Part shown: positions 1 through 9,206 of the stretch, piece after piece | Layout of the letters: every line of letters begins with the position of its first letter | How positions within the stretch are numbered: the first letter of the stretch is position 1 | Assembly: GCA_963828255.1 (NCBI GenBank) | Contig: CAWHDZ010000003.1 | Span: 192,001 to 256,000, forward strand | DNA length: 64,000 bases | Source of the DNA: an uncultured delta proteobacterium | Lineage (GTDB): Bacteria > Myxococcota > Myxococcia > Myxococcales > Anaeromyxobacteraceae | Direction: 5' to 3' | Notes under the pieces: generated by a model | Seen by the model: the letters and a program-made list of their open reading frames with translations, nothing else | What the model was told of the DNA's origin: nothing | Databases searched by the model: none | Program-made: the position numbers and the translations under genes

Positions 1-3000
1 CCTGGCAGTAGGTGAAGGCGAGGGTTCCGGGGGGAAGCTCGATGGCCATCGACTCTCCCCGAACGTCGAAGGGCTCGAAGCGGGCCCGGGAACGGAGGAA
101 CTCGCTGCGGCGGAGCAGCAGGGGCCGGAACTGCAGGCGCCCCTCGCGGACCCGAGCGCCCAGCTCCCCCAGCCGGGTGATGATCTCCTCCTTCACCTCA
201 CCGGTCATCCCGGGCTGCTGCGCACCGGCGTGGGCCGGGGTGTGGGAGTAGGGGTCCAGCGGGAAGGCCCCGTACACGGCGGGTGACTTGCCGAGCCCCA
301 CCACACCGGAGCGGATCCGGTGGTAGCGGTCGGCGAGGCGCCGCTGCAGGGCGGCGGGAGCCCCGGCGTCGGCGGCCGCGAGCGCGCACTCCTGGGTGGC
401 CACGAGCAGCTTGCCGACCATGTGCCAGTAGATGCTCCCCAGCCCCTCGTACGCGAACATGGTGCCGCTGCGCCCGGTGAAGGCGCGGTGCCGGAACACC
501 CGCTCGTAGACGTCGAGCACCTGGCCGATCTCCTCCTCGCCGAGGTCCGGGTGGGAGCTGGCCCGGAGCGCCAGCAGGGCCTCCCGGCATCGATCGCCGT
601 TGGTGAGCCCCTCGGCGAAGCGGAACCTGCCGTCGGCGTCCCGCACCACGATGCGCGGGTCGCCCGAGGCCACGAGCGAGGACAGGAGCGGGGAGGACCG
701 GACGTCCTTGGCCGGGATCAGGCTCTTCTCGAGGAAGCCGGGGAGCTCGCGGTCGGGGTAGAGCAGGTAGCTGTCCTGGTCGGCCCGGTACATCCGGCTC
801 CGCGCCAGCGCGGAGAGGACGCCGTCGGCCTGCTTCGGATCGAGGGAGCCCGAGCTCAGCACGGCGACCTGCCCCTCCAGCATCTCGTACAGGTGCTCGA
901 TGCCGAAGGTCCCGTCCGGCCTCGGCACCAGCACGTTGTAGGCGTGGAAGAGCCCGTCGGGACGGCGGGCCAGGCCGATGGAGTGGGAGAGGAGCCCGGC
1001 GGCCAGCGCCGCGACCCGCAGGACCTCGTCGACCTCGACCGGCGTCCGGCCGGAGAAGCCCCCGCGGTAGACGGCTTCCCGGTAGGTGCTCGCCACCTCG
1101 CCGAGCGCCCGCAGCAGGCGGCCGCGGGAGGCGTCGGACACCTTCGCCGATGAGAGGACGTCGCGGTTGGCCTCCAGCGCGCGCGCCGTGCCATCCAGCC
1201 AGTCGCGCACCTCGTTCGAGAGCGGGACCGATCGGCCGCGCAGCGGCCCGAGCAGGCGGGGCAGGAAGGCCAGGTAGCGCTCCAGGTGGCAGAGCGTCAC
1301 CATCGACACGCCGTAGCCGACCAGGGCGTTGTTGGCGTCGTTCCACTCGGGGCGCTGGGTGTTGAGCCAGATCCCGCCGCCCGGCACGAAGTTGGCGAGC
1401 TTCGCCAGCGCTGCCACCAGGAGCTTCTCGACCAGCCCGACGTGCACGACCGCGCCGGCGTCCTGCAGGAGCTTGCCGTCCGAGCCCAGCTCCGCGCAGA
1501 GCGCCTGGCTCCGCGCGTCCTTCTCGGCGTCGAAGTGGATGGTGGACCGGGGGTTCCGCACGATCTCGGCGAACGGGACGATCTCGTAGGGGACGTCGGC
1601 GTAGGAGAAGATGTCGCGCTCGAGGAGCGCCCGCAACCGCTCGGGGTGGTGGTCGAGCGAGAGCTCGAGGAGCCGGAGCAGGTAGATGATCTGGTGGTCG
1701 CCCCAGTAGCCGATGGTGGACCAGGGATGGCCCGGGTCGGGCGCCTCCCAGTCGATGCCGTCCTTGGTGATGCGGTACGGGTTGTGGCCGTCCACCGTCG
1801 AGGCGTTCACGAACTTGGCGATGATGTTCTCGACGAACTCGGGGTAGCTGAGGGAGAGCGCCTCCCAGTTCTGGAAGATGTCCCGCCAGTTCCCCTCGAA
1901 GTAGAGGACCCGGTTCCCCTCGGCGTCGCGCACCTGGATGTCGAAGCGGTTCCAGGGCCGGCTGGGGTCGCCGTGCCTGCGGCTGAAGGTGAGGGGGAGG
2001 TACTCGTGCGCGAGCCGCTCGAGGTCGGGGTCGCGCAGGGAAGCGGCGCGGACCAGGAGCGCGGGTCCGGACTCGGTCGCGCCGAGCCCGTCGAGGAAGG
2101 CGCGGTGGCGCTCCCCGGTGCGCCGGTTCGAACGGCGGACGAAGGAGGCGAAGTCGGGGCCGGGGACGTCGTAGCCGTGGACGTAGACGCCGCCGCGCAG
2201 GTCGTTGAAGAGGACGTTCCCCACGTGGTGGGCCGAGGAGAGCCGGTCGCCGGTGAGTTGCAGGCCGTCGGTCGCGGCCACGATCTGGAGGAGGTTCCTC
2301 CGCCCGGCCGCCGCGTCCTCCCGGACCTCGGCGAAGAGCCGGGCCGGTTGCCGGAGGTGGGAGCGCAGCTCCACCACCTGCCGCTGGGACCGGTCCACGT
2401 CGGCCACCATCGCCCACCCCTGGGCGCCTCCCCCGGGGAGCGTGCAGCGCGACTCGAGCAGGTAGGCCCCGCGTCGCCCCCGGACCTCCGCCTCGGGACG
2501 TCCCGGGCGCCCGGCGTCGAACGTGGCCAGCCGGTCCGCCGAGAGGTGCACCCGTGGCCGTGGGAGTCCGTGGCTCCACACGGTGCTGGCCTTCAACGAC
2601 TCGCTGGGCTCGGCGCGATCGACCGGCTGGGCGGCCAGCGCGTAGAGCGCGAGCGAGGTCCCGGGCACGATCTCGCTCTTCTTGTAGGCGTCGAGCAGGC
2701 AGCTGAATCCAAGCTGGAGCGCCTCGTCGACGTTGGCGGGCAGGATGTTCAGGAGGCCGTCGAGGATCTCGACCTCGACCGGGGTCCTCCCCCGGTTCTC
2801 GAGCGCGCACTCCCGGACGAACCCGAACCGGTCGCTCGTCGTCCACTCGTAGCGGAAGGTGATCCCCAGGTCCTGGTTGGTCTCCTCCAGGACGAGCCGG
2901 TTGCCGACGACGTTCTTGTAGAGCCGCCGGGTGACGGAGTAGGTGAGCAGATCGGACCCGCGGAAGGGATGCCAGAGCGACCGGCGTCCCCCGCGCGTCA

Positions 3001-3298
3001 CCAGCAGGGAGGTGACCGGCCCCGTGACCCCCGCGCCGTCCACGAGCTTGTCCTCGGTGACGTAGGGGAAGAGGGCCAGTCCCGGGTTCTTCCGCCCCGC
3101 GGTGAGCCCTCCGTTGCTGGCCACGAAGAGCCAGTGGTCGGAGTCGCTGACCACGCTCACCAGGAACGGGCGCATCCCCTGGGCGCCGTCGATGACGTAG
3201 AACGCCTCGCCGAAGGCCTCGGTGAAGCGCCCCTCGACGGGCCGATCCTGCGCGGGAACGGGGCTCCGTCCGAAGAGGATGCCTGCTGGTCGCCGCAT
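1..3298 (-). CDS. GH149-like beta-1,3-glucan phosphorylase (3' end runs off the left edge; >=1099 aa)
   Basis: Hand translation of the termini and motif regions from ATG 3298 (GGAG RBS): MRRPAGILFG..MRPFLVSVVSDSDHWLFVASNGGLTAGRKNPGLALFPY..FSRRHGDPSRPWNRF..FEGNWRDIFQNWEAL..AFPLDPYSHTP..QQPGMTGEVKEE. These match motifs I recall for GH149. The start and the last codon (2-4) are in frame. Divergent from GH17 genes. Confidence 0.85.
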   Translation of the reverse strand, partial: MRRPAGILFGRSPVPAQDRPVEGRFTEAFGEAFYVIDGAQGMRPFLVSVVSDSDHWLFVASNGGLTAGRKNPGLALFPYVTEDKLVDGAGVTGPVTSLLVTRGGRRSLWHPFRGSDLLTYSVTRRLYKNVVGNRLVLEETNQDLGITFRYEWTTSDRFGFVRECALENRGRTPVEVEILDGLLNILPANVDEALQLGFSCLLDAYKKSEIVPGTSLALYALAAQPVDRAEPSESLKASTVWSHGLPRPRVHLSADRLATFDAGRPGRPEAEVRGRRGAYLLESRCTLPGGGAQGWAMVADVDRSQRQVVELRSHLRQPARLFAEVREDAAAGRRNLLQIVAATDGLQLTGDRLSSAHHVGNVLFNDLRGGVYVHGYDVPGPDFASFVRRSNRRTGERHRAFLDGLGATESGPALLVRAASLRDPDLERLAHEYLPLTFSRRHGDPSRPWNRFDIQVRDAEGNRVLYFEGNWRDIFQNWEALSLSYPEFVENIIAKFVNASTVDGHNPYRITKDGIDWEAPDPGHPWSTIGYWGDHQIIYLLRLLELSLDHHPERLRALLERDIFSYADVPYEIVPFAEIVRNPRSTIHFDAEKDARSQALCAELGSDGKLLQDAGAVVHVGLVEKLLVAALAKLANFVPGGGIWLNTQRPEWNDANNALVGYGVSMVTLCHLERYLAFLPRLLGPLRGRSVPLSNEVRDWLDGTARALEANRDVLSSAKVSDASRGRLLRALGEVASTYREAVYRGGFSGRTPVEVDEVLRVAALAAGLLSHSIGLARRPDGLFHAYNVLVPRPDGTFGIEHLYEMLEGQVAVLSSGSLDPKQADGVLSALARSRMYRADQDSYLLYPDRELPGFLEKSLIPAKDVRSSPLLSSLVASGDPRIVVRDADGRFRFAEGLTNGDRCREALLALRASSHPDLGEEEIGQVLDVYERVFRHRAFTGRSGTMFAYEGLGSIYWHMVGKLLVATQECALAAADAGAPAALQRRLADRYHRIRSGVVGLGKSPAVYGAFPLDPYSHTPAHAGAQQPGMTGEVKEEIITRLGELGARVREGRLQFRPLLLRRSEFLRSRARFEPFDVRGESMAIELPPGTLAFTYCQ

Positions 3299-3314
3299 GT
3301 CACTCCAGGGGGGC

Positions 3315-3390
3315 TTGCCCGGTCCACCGGAACGGGCGTAACTTTGTTCGCCAACAGAACAAACTAAGCGGCGCCCACTCGAACTGTCAA
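3315..3390. promoter_or_regulatory. Overlapping divergent sigma70-type promoters with central ROK/XylR-like operator
   Basis: + strand TTGCCC(3315)-N18-TAACTT(3339-3344). - strand TTGACA(3390-3385)-N18-TAGTTT(3366-3361). Inverted repeat ACTTTGTTC-N7-GAACAAACT at 3341-3365. Confidence 0.65.
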
Positions 3391-3434
3391 GGCAGCGGGC
3401 AGGACGGCGGGTGGGGCGAAGCCAGGAGGAACCC

Positions 3435-4349
3435 GTGTCGTTCCCCAGCAAGAATCGCCTGATGGACCGGCCGGTCACCGGCGCTGCCCGTCTCGAGTTC
3501 CAGGGCCTGGGATTGCCCGGGCTGGTCGAGGCCTTCCGGAGGACCCTCCACGAGCGGATCCACGGAATCTGCTTCAGCGCCTACGTGGAGGGGCAGAGCC
3601 CGGACCTCCAGACCCAGCTCTCCGCCGACCAGATCCGGGAGCGGATGGAGATCGTCCGCCCGGCCGTGAGGTGGGTCCGGACCTTCTCCTGCACCGACGG
3701 CAACGAGCACGCCCCCCGCATCGCCCACGATCTGGGGCTGAAGACCCTGGTGGGGGCCTGGCTGGGAACGGACCGGGAGAAGAACGAGGCCGAGATCCAG
3801 GGTCTCGTCGAGGTGGCTCGGGCAGGGCACGCCGACATGATCGCGGTGGGCAACGAGGTGCTCTACAGGGAGGACCTGGCCGAGGAGGAACTCGTCGAGG
3901 CGATCCGGCGGGTGAAGGACGCCGTGCCCGGGATCCCGGTCGGCTACGTGGACGCGTACTACCTCTTCACGGGCCACCCCCGGATCGTGGATGCCTGCGA
4001 CGTGCTGCTGGTGAACTGCTACCCGTTCTGGGAGTACTGCAGCCTCGAGCACGCGCTCGGCTACATGCAGGAGATGGTCGCCCGGGTGGAGCGGGTGGGC
4101 CGCGGCAAGCGGATCGCGATCAGCGAGACCGGCTGGCCGAGCGCCGGGGCGCCCCTGGGCGGCGCCGTCCCCTCGGAGGAGAACGCGCTCCTCTACTTCC
4201 TCAACACGGTCAAGTGGACCCGGGAGGCCGGGATCGAGGCCTTCTACTTCTCCGCTTTCGACGAGGAGTGGAAGGCGGGCCACGAGGGGGACCGGGGCGT
4301 CTACTGGGGCCTCTGGGACCAGCGCGGGAAGCTCAAGTATGGTGCTTGA
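3435..4349 (+). CDS. GH17-like glycoside hydrolase (no signal peptide)
   Basis: VGNE acid/base, SETGWP nucleophile and FDEEWK..WGL motifs; GGAGGA RBS before GTG. Confidence 0.85.
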   Translation: MSFPSKNRLMDRPVTGAARLEFQGLGLPGLVEAFRRTLHERIHGICFSAYVEGQSPDLQTQLSADQIRERMEIVRPAVRWVRTFSCTDGNEHAPRIAHDLGLKTLVGAWLGTDREKNEAEIQGLVEVARAGHADMIAVGNEVLYREDLAEEELVEAIRRVKDAVPGIPVGYVDAYYLFTGHPRIVDACDVLLVNCYPFWEYCSLEHALGYMQEMVARVERVGRGKRIAISETGWPSAGAPLGGAVPSEENALLYFLNTVKWTREAGIEAFYFSAFDEEWKAGHEGDRGVYWGLWDQRGKLKYGA

Positions 4350-5280
4350 AGGCAACGCCATCTGCTACTCGGGCTACCGCGAGGGGCAGAACCCGAACAC
4401 CGGGGTCTTCCCGTCCCGGGAGGAGGTCCGCGAGGACCTGCTCCTGCTCTCGCGCCACTGGAACTTCCTCCGGCTCTACGACTGCACCCGCCACGCCGAG
4501 TTGGTGCTCGACGTGATCCAGCGGGAGCGGCTCGGCATGAAGGTGCTCCTCGGCGCCTGGCTCGGCGCCGAGGCGGACAACCCGGGGTGCCCCTGGGGCG
4601 GCGTCCACGGGGAGGACCTGCTCGAGAGGAACCGCGAGGAGAACCAGGCCGAGCTGTGGCGCCTGGTCCGGCTGGCCCGCCTCCACCCCGACACCGTCGT
4701 CGCCGTGGCGGTCGGGAACGAGGCCACGGTCGAGTGGACCGATCACCTGGTCCCTCCGGAGCGGGTGCTCGAGCACGTGCGCTGGGTGCGGCGGGAGATC
4801 CCCCAGCCCATCACCTTCTGCGAGAACTACGTTCCCTGGCTGGGCAAGCTCGACGCGCTGGCCGCGGAGCTGGACTTCATCTCGGTCCATACCTACCCGG
4901 TCTGGGAATTCCGGACCATCGAGGAGGCCCTCGACTACACCATCCACAACTGGCGGAGCGTCGCGGAGCGCCACCCGGGGAAGCCGGTCGTCATCACCGA
5001 GGCGGGCTGGACCACGCGGTCGAGCGGGCGCGGAATCCGTCCGGACAACGCCTCCCCGGCCCTGCAGGCGATCTACCTCGAGCAGCTGACCCGCTGGAGC
5101 CGTGAGGCCGGGGTCCTCACCTTCGTCTTCGAGGCCTTCGACGAACCGTGGAAGGGCTCGGCCGACCCGCTCGAGCCGGAGAAGCACTGGGGGCTCTTCA
5201 CCGTGGACCGGCGCCCCAAGCCTTCGGTGGCGCGGCTCTACCCCGAACTCCCCGTCGCCGAGGTGCACCACGATGCGTGA
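4339..5280 (+). CDS. GH17-like glycoside hydrolase (no signal peptide)
   Basis: AICYSGYR, VGNE, TEAGW, EAFDEPWK, EKHWGLF; overlaps previous gene. Confidence 0.85.
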   Translation: MVLEGNAICYSGYREGQNPNTGVFPSREEVREDLLLLSRHWNFLRLYDCTRHAELVLDVIQRERLGMKVLLGAWLGAEADNPGCPWGGVHGEDLLERNREENQAELWRLVRLARLHPDTVVAVAVGNEATVEWTDHLVPPERVLEHVRWVRREIPQPITFCENYVPWLGKLDALAAELDFISVHTYPVWEFRTIEEALDYTIHNWRSVAERHPGKPVVITEAGWTTRSSGRGIRPDNASPALQAIYLEQLTRWSREAGVLTFVFEAFDEPWKGSADPLEPEKHWGLFTVDRRPKPSVARLYPELPVAEVHHDA

Positions 5281-6250
5281 AACGGTCGTCCTCCCGGCCG
5301 TGGCCGCCGTCCTGCTCTCGGCCTGCGCGATCGCCGCACCGGTGGCGCAGAGGCCCCTCGACCCGTACCGGGACGGAGAGTGGATGGGCCAGGGCATCTC
5401 CTACGGTCCGCACCGCGACGGCCAGCGTCCCGGCGGGCCGTCGCCCACGCGCGCCCAGATGCGCGAGGACCTGGAACTGCTGCGCGGCCGGTGGAGCCTG
5501 CTCCGGGTCTACAGCGCCGACCCGGTGGCGGAGGACCTGCTCGCCCTCGTCCGGGAGGAGCGGCTTCCCTTCAAGGTGCTGCTGGGCGCCTGGGTCGCGC
5601 CGGACGCGCCGGAGGAGAACCGCAAGCAGGTGCAGACGGCCGTGCGGCTGGCCCGCGCCTACCCGGACGTGGTTCTCGCGCTCTGCATCGGCAACGAGAC
5701 CCAGGTCTCCTGGTCGGACCACAAGGTCCCGGTCGACGTGCTGGTGGGGCTGCTCCGGGAGGCCCGGAGCGGTAGCACGCTGCCCGTGTCGACCGCCGAC
5801 GACTTCGGCTTCTGGCTGGAGCCGCGCAGCGACGCGGTGGCCCGCGAGGTGGACTTCATCGTCCTGCACGTCTACGCCATGTGGAACGGCCAACCCCTCG
5901 ACCGGGCGCTCGACTTCACCCGCGGGAAATACGACGACGTGGTGCGCCGCCACCCCGGTCTCCCGGTGGTCCTCGGCGAGGCCGGCTGGGCCACGGCGAA
6001 GCACACCGAGGGCGAGCAGGCCACCCTGATCAAGGGTCGGCCGGGCGAGGCGGAGCAGGGGGTCTTCCTCGAGCAGTTCACCGCCTGGGTGGTGCGCGAC
6101 CGGATCGTCAGCACCTGGTTCGAGGCCTTCGACGAGAACTGGAAGGGCGGCCCCCACCCGGACGAGGTGGAGAAGCACTGGGGGCTCTTCCGCGCCGACC
6201 GCACGCCCAAGCAGGCGGTCCGGCCCGCGGCGGCCCCGGCCGGGCGATAG
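5273..6250 (+). CDS. GH17-like glycoside hydrolase, exported/lipoprotein
   Basis: Signal peptide with LSAC lipobox-like sequence; IGNE, GEAGW, EAFDENWK, EKHWGLF. Confidence 0.8.
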   Translation: MRETVVLPAVAAVLLSACAIAAPVAQRPLDPYRDGEWMGQGISYGPHRDGQRPGGPSPTRAQMREDLELLRGRWSLLRVYSADPVAEDLLALVREERLPFKVLLGAWVAPDAPEENRKQVQTAVRLARAYPDVVLALCIGNETQVSWSDHKVPVDVLVGLLREARSGSTLPVSTADDFGFWLEPRSDAVAREVDFIVLHVYAMWNGQPLDRALDFTRGKYDDVVRRHPGLPVVLGEAGWATAKHTEGEQATLIKGRPGEAEQGVFLEQFTAWVVRDRIVSTWFEAFDENWKGGPHPDEVEKHWGLFRADRTPKQAVRPAAAPAGR

Positions 6251-6294
6251 ACGGCGTCCGGCCCCATGGCTCGCTGGCGTTGCGGGCGGCGCTC

Positions 6295-8535
6295 TCAGGC
6301 CCGCTCCAGCCGGGCCGGTACGCTCTTGTGCCATGGAGTCCCGACGAAGGGGTCGCGGTCCTGGCTGGCGGTGAGCTCGTTGGGGGCGACGCCCGCGGGC
6401 TCCGCCCCGTCCGTGCCGGAGAGCCCGAGGCCGTTGGGGAGGGAGACGTGGCCAGGTCGGAGGGTGTCCGACACCTCCACCGTGGCCACGCCCGATCCGG
6501 TGCGCGTGGTGATCCGGACGCGGTCCCCGGTGACGACGCCGAGCGCCGCCGCGTCCCCCGGGGAGATCCGCAGGGCGCCCGACGCGTCGGTCTTCCTCCA
6601 GGCCGGGGCGCGGATGATGGTGTTGGCGGTGAACGACCGGCGCTCGCCGGCCGACAGGACGAAGGGGAAGGCGGGGTCGCGGGCCGGGGGCGGCGCGTCG
6701 CGGAGCCGGGCCAGCTCCTCGAGGAGATCGGGGAGGGAAAGTTGGATCCGGCCGTCGGGGGTGGCGATGCGCCCCGTGACCTCCTCCCACCGGTCCACGG
6801 AGAAGACCACCCCGGCCGGGCTCGAGAGGATGGCGTCGAAGAGTCCCTGCGCCGCCTCGATCGGAGAGCCGCCGAAGCCGGCGCGCGCCAGGGATGCCGG
6901 GCTCTGCATGGCCGCCCGCGCCGCCAGCGGGAGCAGCACCGCCCCCTCGCGGGTTTCCGGAGGGAGGTCCATGGTCCGGTAGAGAAGCACGGGAGCCAGC
7001 CCGGCGAGACGCGGGTCGGAGAGGAAACGCTCGACCGCGGCCAGCGCGTAGGCCGCCTTCCCCCCGGCGGCGGCGGCACGGAGCGGCGCGAGGTCCTCCT
7101 CGGAGACGGCGCCGAGCGCGATGCAGAGGCGCGCGTGGATCTCGGCCTCGGGGAGCGCCCCGTCGGGCGGCGGAAGGAGGCGGGGGCGCAGGTGGAAGGC
7201 GTTTCGCGGGAAGTCGAAGTTGAAGAAGGTGGCCTCGGCCTTCTCGAACTGGCTCGCGGCCGGGAGCACGTAGTGGGCGAGGCGCGCCGTCTCGGTCATG
7301 GCCAGGTCGATCACCACCAGCGTGTCGAGGGCGCGGAGCGCTTCGCGGAACCGGGGCGAGTCGGCCACCGAGTGGGCCGGGTTGGCGGCCTCGACGATCA
7401 TGGCGCGGTAGCGGGCCGGGTGGTCGGTGAGGACCTCGTCGGCGATCACGTTGCAGGGGATGAGGCCGGCCACGATGGGCGCGCCCACCACCGGGCTCCT
7501 CCGTCGCGAGGCGCCGCTGGCGATGGCGACGATCGAGGTGGGCACGTAGGCCGTCCCCTCCCGGCCGAAGCTCCCGGTGACCGCGACGAGCAGGCGGTGG
7601 AGGTAGCTCACCAGCGTCGAGTCCCGGTTCATCTGCACGCCCAGGTCCTCGAAGGTGGCCAGCGCGCGGGCGTTGCCGAGGACGCGGGCGGTCCGGCGCA
7701 CCAGGGGCTCGTCGAGGCCGGCGCGCGCGCAGAACGCGGCGATGGGGATGGCGCGAAGGGCCGCCTCGACCGGCGCGGCGTCGGCGCAGTGGGCGTCGAG
7801 GAAGGTGCGATCCCAGAGCCCCTCCTCGAGGAGGATGGCCAGGATCGCGGCCATGAGAACCGCGTCCGTTCCGGGTTTGACCTGGAGGTGGATGTCGGCC
7901 ATCGCCGCCGTCTCGCTGCGCCGCGGGTCCACGACGACGAGCGTCCGGGCCGGGTCCCCGGCGATCTCCTTCAGCGTCACCCGCGCGCGCGGGATGGAGT
8001 GGGACTGCCAGGGGTTCTTGCCGAGGAAGAGAGCGACGTCGCAGTGCTCGAAGTCGGCGCGGATCATGGCCGTGCCGAACATGCGGTGGGCCACCCAGAA
8101 CTCGCCGGTCTTCTCCTGGGCGAGCGCGCTGGAGCGAAAGGTGGAGCCGAGCGCGCGCCGCGTGGCCGTGGCGTAGGCGCCCCCCAGGTGGTTCCCCTGG
8201 CCGCCTCCGCCGTAATAGAAGATGGCATCGCCGCCGTGGGCGTCGCGCACCGCGGAGAGCCGGGCCGCCACCTCCCGGATGGCCGTGTCCCAGTCGATGG
8301 CCTCGAAGGTCCCGTCGGCGCGCCGCCGCAGCGGCGTGGTCACCCGGTCGGGGCCGTTCTGGTAGTGGTCGAGCCGGTGCGCCTTCTCGCAGGCGTAACC
8401 CCTCGAGGCCGGGTGGCGCCTGTCGCCGCGAAGCCGGACCAGGCTCCGCCCTCCCTCGCCCCCCAGCTCGACCTCGAGCCCGCAGTTGCACTCGCAGAGG
8501 ATGCAGGCCGTCGGCTTCCAGTCCGTCGTGGGCAC
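6295..8535 (-). CDS. Molybdopterin (bis-MGD) oxidoreductase, uncharacterised subfamily
   Basis: CILCECNCG..C 4Fe-4S motif, VDPRRSETA, VLPAASQFEK, C-terminal molybdopterin-dinucleotide domain; no Tat signal; GTG start with GGAG RBS. Confidence 0.85.
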   Translation of the reverse strand: MPTTDWKPTACILCECNCGLEVELGGEGGRSLVRLRGDRRHPASRGYACEKAHRLDHYQNGPDRVTTPLRRRADGTFEAIDWDTAIREVAARLSAVRDAHGGDAIFYYGGGGQGNHLGGAYATATRRALGSTFRSSALAQEKTGEFWVAHRMFGTAMIRADFEHCDVALFLGKNPWQSHSIPRARVTLKEIAGDPARTLVVVDPRRSETAAMADIHLQVKPGTDAVLMAAILAILLEEGLWDRTFLDAHCADAAPVEAALRAIPIAAFCARAGLDEPLVRRTARVLGNARALATFEDLGVQMNRDSTLVSYLHRLLVAVTGSFGREGTAYVPTSIVAIASGASRRRSPVVGAPIVAGLIPCNVIADEVLTDHPARYRAMIVEAANPAHSVADSPRFREALRALDTLVVIDLAMTETARLAHYVLPAASQFEKAEATFFNFDFPRNAFHLRPRLLPPPDGALPEAEIHARLCIALGAVSEEDLAPLRAAAAGGKAAYALAAVERFLSDPRLAGLAPVLLYRTMDLPPETREGAVLLPLAARAAMQSPASLARAGFGGSPIEAAQGLFDAILSSPAGVVFSVDRWEEVTGRIATPDGRIQLSLPDLLEELARLRDAPPPARDPAFPFVLSAGERRSFTANTIIRAPAWRKTDASGALRISPGDAAALGVVTGDRVRITTRTGSGVATVEVSDTLRPGHVSLPNGLGLSGTDGAEPAGVAPNELTASQDRDPFVGTPWHKSVPARLERA

Positions 8536-8668
8536 GGGCGCTCCCTTCCAGGACGACCACCTTACCTCCGGTGGCGCTCCGACACCCTGCCGGGTTAGGA
8601 ACGGGGGCCGATGCCCTCGCTCATCATGCCGGCGCTCCACGCTGGCCACTTCTCGTGAAGGGGTGCCC

Positions 8669-9019
8669 GTGCAGGAAAAGCTCACCATCCTGAACGCCTT
8701 CGTCCACGACGTGGCCACCGGCACGTGGATCGGCTCGCTGGTGCTCCTCTCCATCCTTCACGCGCAGGCGACGCAGCCCGAGTGGATCCTGGCCGCGGGA
8801 CTGGTCCGGCCGCTGGCCGCCAGGTTCATGTGGGTAACCTGGGTGAGCCTCGTGGTCATCATGCTCACCGGCGTGGTGCGCATGGTCACCTGGAAGGTCT
8901 TCGGCTGGACGGGGGACGTGGCGCGCGACCGCATCCGGTTGCTCAAGGTGAAGCACGCCATCCTGGGCGTGGTCTTCGCGGCCGGGACCGCGTGGCAGGT
9001 CGCCATCGCCTATTTCTGA
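8669..9019 (+). CDS. Small membrane protein (3 TM, CopD/DUF4149-like)
   Basis: HDVATGTWIGS, MLTGVVR and LLKVKH hydrophobic pattern. Confidence 0.65.
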   Translation: MQEKLTILNAFVHDVATGTWIGSLVLLSILHAQATQPEWILAAGLVRPLAARFMWVTWVSLVVIMLTGVVRMVTWKVFGWTGDVARDRIRLLKVKHAILGVVFAAGTAWQVAIAYF

Positions 9020-9118
9020 TCCCTGGAAGGGTTCCCGAGTGAGGGGGTACCCGGTCGGGTGCGCGCAAGGGTTGCGAACGGCTTCCAAGATGCGCAGAAA
9101 ACTCGCCCGACGATGAAG

Positions 9119-9137
9119 AATTACTAATATTTTCAAT
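9119..9137. promoter_or_regulatory. Candidate Fur box
   Basis: AT-rich island AATTACTAATATTTTCAAT. The reverse complement matches 15/19 of WWTGAAAATNATTTTCAWW, the deltaproteobacterial Fur consensus as I recall it. Confidence 0.5.
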
Positions 9138-9206
9138 GTACCATGACTCGGTGACCGCTGGCTTCCTTCGTGCTACTCAATGTGGACCCCTGAAGGAGGG
9201 TAATTG

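Noticed and set aside
198..3367. Long ORFs 198..2846(-) and 1286..3367(+)
   Set aside because: Off-frame and antisense shadows of the GH149-like gene; Arg/Pro/Gly-rich or reverse-codon composition typical of high-GC DNA
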